A stretch of DNA of 26,403 nt from a virus. Its lineage: Duplodnaviria > Heunggongvirae > Uroviricota > Caudoviricetes. The notes below the pieces were generated by a model. That model saw nothing but the letters and a program-made list of their open reading frames with translations. It had not been told where the DNA came from and did no database searches. Location of the stretch: positions 1 to 26,403 of the IMG/VR virus record IMGVR_UViG_2690316269_000009; one strand, written 5' to 3'. A program made the translations under genes and the position numbers. Of the stretch, positions 7,749-13,813 are shown in pieces; the first letter of the stretch is position 1, and every line of letters starts with the position of its first letter.

Positions 7749-8591
7749 TTATTGACAATAAAAAATTCTGGAATGTTCGAAATCATCATATCGAATTATA
7801 ATCTGGTTGACTGCATCTATTGTTGGCGCCATTTCAGTTATAATATCTCGATAACCTAAAGAGTTAAATACATTTACTAAGGCCTCACACCGTAGGCCAA
7901 TAGCAATTACGACATTATAAATTGCCAGCCGTTTATTTTCTTGTTTAACTGCAAGAGTGAGTTCGATAGCAGTAGTTTTATCGCTTTGGATTGCATTATA
8001 TAGAGATACTATATTTGCCATATCATCAGAGAATGTATGTATTGAATCACAAAGAGGGACGTAATAGGCATGATAGTGTGTTTCCCAGCCAATTACTTCG
8101 AAAAGCTTTTTGGTTCCAGGATATTCAGGTGTATTTGGCCACAATCTATTAAACATATCAGTTAGCTCTTTTCCGATACGAATCCTTTCATCTGCTGCTG
8201 GATTAGTCATTTCTTTGGATTTTAAACACTCCAGCCACCGTTTCCCATTACTATGAACTAATTTCTTACTACCCTTGAGTAATGCTTGTGCATTTTTTCC
8301 ATCATCAATTGCTATATAAAATTGATTGGCAGCCTGTTCCATTATAACTCTAGTTAATACTTCCGATGCTGAAAAGGCTCCGGTACTCAAAGAAAATATA
8401 GCCTGATTACTAAGTTCATTCAGTACATTAAAGTAATGTAAAACCATCAATTTTTGTTCCACCCCCTTTAGGTTATCTATTTTATTTTTATGCCTCTCAA
8501 ATTTCGCATGGATATATTTATTTATCGCGGCTATTTTTTTTACATCTTCGTCGAAATCAAACGGGCAACGTCCAAACGATTTTTTCCTCAT
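7749..8591 (-). CDS. Hypothetical protein (280 aa), unrecognised; candidate single-gene abortive-infection/defence factor
   Basis: Clean ORF with ATG at 8589-8591 and strong AGGAGG Shine-Dalgarno 6-8 nt upstream; AT-rich; same orientation as the ATPase/HNH pair. Confidence 0.6.
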   Translation of the reverse strand: MRKKSFGRCPFDFDEDVKKIAAINKYIHAKFERHKNKIDNLKGVEQKLMVLHYFNVLNELSNQAIFSLSTGAFSASEVLTRVIMEQAANQFYIAIDDGKNAQALLKGSKKLVHSNGKRWLECLKSKEMTNPAADERIRIGKELTDMFNRLWPNTPEYPGTKKLFEVIGWETHYHAYYVPLCDSIHTFSDDMANIVSLYNAIQSDKTTAIELTLAVKQENKRLAIYNVVIAIGLRCEALVNVFNSLGYRDIITEMAPTIDAVNQIIIRYDDFEHSRIFYCQ

Positions 8592-9030
8592 ATATTCCTC
8601 CTGTTTTACAATCTCCCATAAGTTGGAAAATTATACACTGGAGATTACCTATAAATAACTGCGCACGATAGCTAGTCAGTGCAAGAAGTACAACCAAGTG
8701 AACGGTGCGTATCAGATACCTAGCTTAAAGTTCGCGATAGCCGTACTCTGTGTATTAGCTCAGACATTACCTGACAGGTTGAGTAGATAGAATCGAATCA
8801 AAGCTGACAGTCTGGTTTGGACTGTGGGGTCAACCGATGGATGCAACACACAGCGATCTACAGACATTACTAACATAGCGGTGTATTAATCATCGGGGAG
8901 CAGATCAGACTAACATTAAGCATTAGTAGTAATTTGCAGAGCATCCGTTTCTTACACAAAGCAAACCCCCACGCTAGCCCAACCCTGTGCCACACAATGT
9001 CAATTCACATCTGAACTAATGCTCTTTAAT

Positions 9031-9305
9031 CTAGTAACGTCTAAAATATCGAACATTTCCCTGATAAAATGCCAGTATGCGCTGCATAACTTCACTCATT
9101 GTGGTGGTTTCTTCCGGCAGTTCTGCCTGCGCTGGCTGTTCCTGCTGAACGTTGTTATCAGCCACACGCCAGGTGTACGCGCTTTTATCAACAAAACCAG
9201 CCTTTTTCAGTTCCCATAGTTCGTTCAGCACTTCTTCACGCGCGCAGCAAGTTCTATGGATGTGGCTTTTCCCATTGCTTTCAGTGCGTCAAAAACAGTC
9301 TCCAT
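9031..9305 (-). pseudogene. Small prophage gene with -1 frameshift ([24 protein letters not shown] | [28 protein letters not shown]...)
   Basis: ATG at 9303-9305 with strong GGGAGG RBS; frame hits TGA after 26 codons while the protein-like reading continues in the -1 frame (track ORF 9031..9231). Shift maps to gtgaagaagtg. Confidence 0.45.
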
Positions 9306-9337
9306 AAATTTCCTCCCGGTAAAAATTACTTCTCAAC

Positions 9338-10003
9338 TCAGACAAGCCCAGCCGCTTTCCGGCGTTCATATTCCTGTTTCAGCAACTCAATTGGCGTTGG
9401 CCCCGACGGGCGTTTGGGTGCCGCCAGTTGTCGCCGGACTGGCGGAACACTCAGGCCGTTACTAACATGCTTTGCCCATTTCGTCAGCTGCCGTTCTGCA
9501 AGCCGTTTTAACTCCCCTTCGGTCATCTGCCGCTCAATCCCCTTTGAACGCATCTCGAGGCAAATGTGATACAGCACAGGCTGAGACCACGGGTATTTAT
9601 CGCTCCCGTCGTATCGCCAGGACTCGTTGCGCCAGCGACGGTACTCCTCCATCACGGCATCCACCGTCAGACCGAATGGATTGGCTCCGCTTTCAGAAAT
9701 CAGCGCCACAAACTCAGCCAGGTCCGGAGGCCATGTTTCACCCGCCCGGCAGCGGTCCATGCACTGGCGGCAGACCTGTCGGATTTTCTGCTCAGTCATC
9801 GCACCAATCTGTGCAATCCAGAGCTTCGAAGGTGCGGCCCCGTTCTTCTGGGTCCAGCGGTTCGAATAAACCTCCCCCATGAGTTCCCACAGCTTCCAGG
9901 CCGTTTCCGTCGCTGATAAATCCGTTTTCACGTTCCCACTGCTCACGTGCTGCCCGAATTTCCTGAACTGCCCGTGATGCGGTGTCACCTGGTGCTGCTG
10001 CAT
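9338..10003 (-). CDS. Replication protein P-like (helicase-loader family); true start uncertain because of overlap with upstream gene
   Basis: C-terminal two-thirds (FVALISESGANPFGLTVDAVMEEYRRWR...YPWSQPVLYHICLEMRSKG...ELKRLAERQLTKWAKHV) parallels lambda P as recalled; located 3' of the O-like gene. Confidence 0.6.
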   Translation of the reverse strand: MQQHQVTPHHGQFRKFGQHVSSGNVKTDLSATETAWKLWELMGEVYSNRWTQKNGAAPSKLWIAQIGAMTEQKIRQVCRQCMDRCRAGETWPPDLAEFVALISESGANPFGLTVDAVMEEYRRWRNESWRYDGSDKYPWSQPVLYHICLEMRSKGIERQMTEGELKRLAERQLTKWAKHVSNGLSVPPVRRQLAAPKRPSGPTPIELLKQEYERRKAAGLV

Positions 10004-10832
10004 GGTTTACCCCCTTGCTGACTGGTTTAACCTGCGCCCTGACGTGATTTACGTGACGGGCGAATTTCTGCTCCCACTGAATCTGCGTAAACACTTTCCC
10101 CTCAGCAGCCCAGTAGTCCCGGAAGGCGGCAAGTTCAGCAGGTGTGAATTCTGTCTCCGGCAAAGCCATCCCCCACAACGCAGCCCGTCGTCGAAAATCC
10201 CGTGACGGATACCAGCTATCGGTCATCGGAAATTTTTCGATGGGTTCGCTCAGGCCATCCAGGAATACAGGAGGTGCAGCCTGTAACGACAAAACTTTCT
10301 GCTCACTGGTCGGAGCACTCTCGCGTGCGTTATGTGTGGGGTTTAGCTCTTTGGGTTCCTTTGGGTTCCGTGATCCGTTTTTGGGTGTCTTTGATGGAAA
10401 ATTTGGGTGTCTTTGGTTATTTTCCATGCAGCTAAGAGTTCCGTTTTTGGGTCTGTTTTGTGCTGAAACATAACCATTTTCGGTACTGTTTTTATTAACA
10501 GCACCGATTTTACCCACCTTTAAAGACTCCCGTTTTTGGGTGTATTCAGGCTCGGCAACACTTTCTTCTACACCGATAAGTCGGTACACCACAATTTGCT
10601 TTGTTCTGCCTTTTCTCTCACCGGTATCAACAATTAACCCAATCTCCATCAGGTGTCGTAAGCTGTCCTGCACAGTCTTTTTGTTCAGTTCCGTTACTTC
10701 TGCCAGTGCAGATACAGACGGGTATGCACACAAATCGGCACCGCACATATCAGCAAGCCAGGTCAATACAGACTTACTGGATGAACTGCCGGTTTTCACC
10801 TTTTTAGCCCATCGTAGTGCATCGATACTCAT
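9792..10832 (-). CDS. Phage replication initiation protein (N-terminal winged-helix, DnaT-like C-terminal region); start placed at MSIDALRWAKK
   Basis: N-terminus MSIDALRWAKKVKTGSSSSKSVLTWLADMCGADLCAYPSVSALAEVTELNKKTVQDSLRHLMEIGLIV is HTH-like; C-terminal FTPAELAAFRDYWAAEGKVFTQIQWEQKFARHVNHV resembles DnaT-like domains; AGGGG RBS before ATG 10830-10832. Confidence 0.6.
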   Translation of the reverse strand: MSIDALRWAKKVKTGSSSSKSVLTWLADMCGADLCAYPSVSALAEVTELNKKTVQDSLRHLMEIGLIVDTGERKGRTKQIVVYRLIGVEESVAEPEYTQKRESLKVGKIGAVNKNSTENGYVSAQNRPKNGTLSCMENNQRHPNFPSKTPKNGSRNPKEPKELNPTHNARESAPTSEQKVLSLQAAPPVFLDGLSEPIEKFPMTDSWYPSRDFRRRAALWGMALPETEFTPAELAAFRDYWAAEGKVFTQIQWEQKFARHVNHVRAQVKPVSKGVNHAAAPGDTASRAVQEIRAAREQWERENGFISDGNGLEAVGTHGGGLFEPLDPEERGRTFEALDCTDWCDD

Positions 10833-11355
10833 ACGAACCCCTGGCAGACATTTGTTTATCTGCAAAGTAATATTGATATTGCTGACGATACGCATGCTTG
10901 AAAGCAATAGCTTTTTCTATAAGCTCGTCAGTCTCACGTTCCACAACAGATGGATCCGCAAAAAGCAGCCCGGACTCCACCACATCGCCATATTCTTTGT
11001 TTAATCCGGCGATCATGTACGTAATGCTTTTTCCATCACTGATCTCACGATACAGCCTGAAATCACTAATTCGGATAGCCTCCATAATTGCCGGAATCAG
11101 CGCCGTGAATTTTTTCCGCTTATCCCTGGTGTCGATAGCTTTCCAGCGTTCGAATATCTTCACCCGGTTAACGCACAGCGCCCGTTGATCAACCTCGCCA
11201 TCATTAAACGTGACGCGTTGAACATCGATGTTCGGGCGTTCTTTCAGAGCCCAGAATGCTTCCGTGATTAATATCGTCGCCTGCTCCTGTGTCATTCCTG
11301 GTCGGCATACCCAGGCATCCAGAGCCTCACAAACCTGTTCAGGGGTGATTTTCAT
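10804..11355 (-). CDS. Hypothetical early-region protein (183 aa), cII-position, possibly YdaT-like
   Basis: Clean ORF between the cro-like gene and the replication gene; family assignment is a guess from position. Confidence 0.45.
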   Translation of the reverse strand: MKITPEQVCEALDAWVCRPGMTQEQATILITEAFWALKERPNIDVQRVTFNDGEVDQRALCVNRVKIFERWKAIDTRDKRKKFTALIPAIMEAIRISDFRLYREISDGKSITYMIAGLNKEYGDVVESGLLFADPSVVERETDELIEKAIAFKHAYRQQYQYYFADKQMSARGSYEYRCTTMG

Positions 11356-11566
11356 TGTTCAACCGCCCCGCCCGCTTTGCCTTACGATATTCGTCATAAA
11401 CTTTGGGGTCGTACTGAAGTTCCCCGCCGGATGCCTCTTGCAGGCGCATCGCGCGACCTTCAGGAACCAGTTCCCCCCATTGAGAAACAGCAGATGGATC
11501 AACACCAGCAGCTTTCGCTACTTTGGCTTTCGTCCCATAAAAATTAATTACGTCTGATTTAAACAT
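11339..11566 (-). CDS. dicC: Cro-like regulator, DicC-like (75 aa from MFKSDVINFYG...)
   Basis: Small HTH protein (TKAKVAKAAGVDPSAVSQWG) transcribed divergently from the repressor gene; C-terminus ...EGRAMRLQEASGGELQYDPKVYDEYRK matches recalled DicC. Confidence 0.65.
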   Translation of the reverse strand: MFKSDVINFYGTKAKVAKAAGVDPSAVSQWGELVPEGRAMRLQEASGGELQYDPKVYDEYRKAKRAGRLNNENHP

Positions 11567-11643
11567 TACCCCTCCAAAGTTGAGTTTTCTCAATAGTAAT
11601 CACTCAAGGAATCTCAAGTCAAGGGTTATTAAGATATCTAAAT
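11567..11643. promoter_or_regulatory. Divergent promoter/operator region of the immunity switch
   Basis: 77-bp gap between divergent genes containing palindrome ttgagttttctcaa (11580-11593) and repeated ctcaag half-sites (cactcaaggaatctcaagtcaagg). Confidence 0.45.
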
Positions 11644-12051
11644 ATGAACGAGAAAACTTTAGGTCAACGAATTAGAGAAAGACGCAAACAGGTTGGTTTA
11701 AGTCAAAACGATTTAAGCAAAGCTGCTGGCGTATCTGGCTCATCAATTTCACTATGGGAAAGCGACCATACAGCCCCGCGCGGGCAAAATTTGCATCGCC
11801 TGGCTGAGGTATTGCAATGTTCACCAACTTGGATACTGTTTGGTGACGAGGATAAAACACCAGATCCACCAGTTGCACTCAACAGCGCCTTAGACTTATC
11901 GGAAGATGAGTTGGAGATGTTGCGATTGTATCGCGCACTTCCAAAATCAGAGCAGCAAGCACAAATCAGCGAACTCCGTGCCCGCGTTGAGAATTTTAAT
12001 CGCCTATTCACCGAGCTACTAGAAGCTCGCAAACGTAACAAACATCAATAA
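11644..12051 (+). CDS. dicA: XRE-family HTH repressor, DicA-like (135 aa)
   Basis: N-terminal HTH (LGQRIRERRKQVGLSQNDLSKAAGVSGSSISLWE) and segment LQCSPTWILFGDEDK match the recalled DicA pattern; ATG at 11644. Confidence 0.75.
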   Translation: MNEKTLGQRIRERRKQVGLSQNDLSKAAGVSGSSISLWESDHTAPRGQNLHRLAEVLQCSPTWILFGDEDKTPDPPVALNSALDLSEDELEMLRLYRALPKSEQQAQISELRARVENFNRLFTELLEARKRNKHQ

Positions 12052-12242
12052 CCCCCCTTCACAAATTTTAAAGCCTTACATTTCAATGTATTGGCTTTAT
12101 TTTGCATTAAATATTGAGTTTTATCATCAAAAGCACTTGACCAATATTCATGAGAAAACTAAATTACGATCCATCAAGACACCGCACGGTGTTCTCAGCA
12201 AACAGTTCCGCTACCCCGGCGTTAAGGGGAAATGAGGTCAAC

Positions 12243-12398
12243 ATGGATACTATCGATCTTGGCAACAGCGAATCTCTGGTATGTGGCGTGTTCCCCAACC
12301 AGGACGGTACGTTCACCGCGATGACGTATACCAAAAGCAAAACGTTTAAAACCGAATCTGGAGCGCGTCGCTGGCTGGAAAGAAATTCAGGTGGGTGA
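12243..12398 (+). CDS. ydfA: Small prophage protein, YdfA-like (51 aa, DUF1391-type)
   Basis: MDTIDLGNSESLVCGVFPNQDGTFTAMTYTKSKTFKTESGARRWLERNSGG within the 12150-12398 ORF; position right after dicA-like. Confidence 0.55.
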   Translation: MDTIDLGNSESLVCGVFPNQDGTFTAMTYTKSKTFKTESGARRWLERNSGG

Positions 12399-12399
12399 T

Positions 12400-12528
12400 A
12401 TGGATTTCGACACAATCATGGAAAAGGCTTACGAAGAATACTTCGAAGGTCTTGCCGAAGGCGAAGAAGCTCTCAGCTTCAGCGAATTTAAACAGGCACT
12501 TTCCAGTTCGGCAAAATCTAACGGCTGA
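12400..12528 (+). CDS. ydfB: Small prophage protein, YdfB-like (42 aa)
   Basis: ATG at 12400; MDFDTIMEKAYEEYFEGLAEGEEALSFSEFKQALSSSAKSNG; below the 60-aa cutoff of the ORF track, read directly. Confidence 0.55.
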   Translation: MDFDTIMEKAYEEYFEGLAEGEEALSFSEFKQALSSSAKSNG

Positions 12529-12557
12529 TAAGCGAAACAGCACCGCGAGGAATCAGT

Positions 12558-12776
12558 ATGCAGAAACGAGAACCCGTCATCATCGCGCCAGACTATACCG
12601 ATGATGAACTTTATGAGTGGATGCGCCAGAAAATTAATGCAGCGCAGGATCTGAAATGGGCCAATGAAGCCAGGGCTAAGCAGGCTGAAAATCTGTCCGC
12701 TCTGGAGCAGGATATCACTAATCTGGAAAAAGCAGCGACATTAAGCATTGCCAGAATGATTACATACCCGCGTTAA
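12558..12776 (+). CDS. ydfC: Small prophage protein, YdfC-like (72 aa)
   Basis: Clean ORF MQKREPVIIAPDYTDDELYEWMRQKINAAQDLKWANEARAKQAENLSALEQDITNLEKAATLSIARMITYPR in dic-operon position. Confidence 0.55.
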   Translation: MQKREPVIIAPDYTDDELYEWMRQKINAAQDLKWANEARAKQAENLSALEQDITNLEKAATLSIARMITYPR

Positions 12777-13117
12777 TAGCTAACCAACGAAGCTAAGGTT
12801 GGTAATTAAGGAGTTCTCCACGGATGAGGTGGAGTGCGTGCGCCGGACACGGGTGAGCATCCGGCACTGACAGTTTACTGAAAGGATATTTCCCTGAAAA
12901 GTCAGACCATAACGCGAAAGCGCACGGCGAGGTAGCTGGTTCATAGATAGCCTGTCGTTAAATTTTCGTCGACCGTGCGCTTCCGGTTGTGGCAATCCGC
13001 GAAATGGCGCGGCGGTAAGTATGGCGGGGTTATTCCTTCCCCCGTTGAGGACACCGGGTTGTCAGGTTGACCATACGCTTAAGTGACAACCCCGCTGCAA
13101 CGCCCTCTGTTATCAAT

Positions 13118-13175
13118 TTTCTGGTGACGTTTGGCGGTATCAGTTTTACTCCGTGACTGCTCTGCCGCCCTTTTT
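13118..13175 (+). ncRNA. dicF: DicF small regulatory RNA (ftsZ-targeting sRNA of dic-type prophages)
   Basis: tttctggtgacgtttggcggtatcagttttactccgtgactgctctgccgccc + ttttt matches the DicF sequence as recalled, including terminal GGCGG/CCGCC hairpin and U-tail; sits upstream of dicB. Confidence 0.7.
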
Positions 13176-13344
13176 AAAGTGAATTTTGTGATGTGGTGAA
13201 TGCGGCTGAGCGCACGCGGAACAGTTAAAACCAAAAACAGTGTTATGGGTGGATTCTCTGTATCCGGCGTTAATTGTTAACTGGTTAACGTCACCTGGAG
13301 GCACCAGGCACTGCATCACAAAATTCATTGTTGAGGACGCGATA

Positions 13345-13533
13345 ATGAAAACGTTATTACCAAACGTTAATACGTCTGAAGGTTGTTTTGAAATTGGTGT
13401 CACTATCAGTAACCCAGTATTTACTGAAGATGCCATTAACAAAAGAAAACAAGAACGGGAGCTATTAAATAAAATATGCATTGTTTCAATGCTGGCTCGT
13501 TTACGTCTGATGCCAAAAGGATGTGCACAATGA
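13345..13533 (+). CDS. dicB: Cell-division inhibitor DicB (62 aa)
   Basis: MKTLLPNVNTSEGCFEIGVTISNPVFTEDAINKRKQERELLNKICIVSMLARLRLMPKGCAQ; ATG at 13345; directly downstream of DicF. Confidence 0.8.
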   Translation: MKTLLPNVNTSEGCFEIGVTISNPVFTEDAINKRKQERELLNKICIVSMLARLRLMPKGCAQ

Positions 13534-13691
13534 ATTCAGCATTTGTGCTTGTTCTGACAGTTTTTCTTGTTTCCGGAGAGCCAGTTGATATTGCAGTCAG
13601 TGTTCACAGGACAATGCAGTAGTGTATGACTGCAGCAACCGAACAGAAAATTCCCGGTAACTGTTACCCGGTCGATAAAGTTATTCACTAG
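13530..13691 (+). pseudogene. ydfD: YdfD-like small membrane protein interrupted by in-frame TAG at 13620-13622
   Basis: ATG overlaps dicB stop (ATGA); reads MNSAFVLVLTVFLVSGEPVDIAVSVHRTMQ*CMTAATEQKIPGNCYPVDKVIH*, i.e. one amber codon inside an otherwise continuous reading. Confidence 0.45.
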
Positions 13692-13813
13692 GATAATATC
13701 GAAATCCCGGCAGGTCTTTAAAACAGTTCCGTAATAAATATCCGGTTTCATTCTTATATGCCAGCAATGGCAGGGATTTGTTCATCCTTAAATCTGTCAT
13801 GAGGTTAAAACAA

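Larger units (their letters stand above)
4460..9030. other. AT-rich accessory (defence-type) island nested in the prophage between hok and the replication module
   Basis: Base composition shifts abruptly to AT-rich (by eye roughly mid-30s % GC against about 50% in flanks; not computed). Holds ATPase+HNH pair, degenerate recombinase and a 280-aa orphan. Confidence 0.5.

Noticed and set aside
8592-9030. Possible retron ncRNA (msr/msd) associated with the Septu-like pair
   Set aside because: No reverse transcriptase gene (no YxDD-containing ORF) anywhere in the island; kept only as a generic possible ncRNA/leader in findings.
871-13622. Genetic-code recoding (TAG as a sense codon) as the explanation for in-frame amber codons
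   Set aside because: An in-frame TAA and a frameshift occur in the same element, and all long well-conserved genes terminate normally; ordinary pseudogenisation (or assembly error) is more parsimonious.
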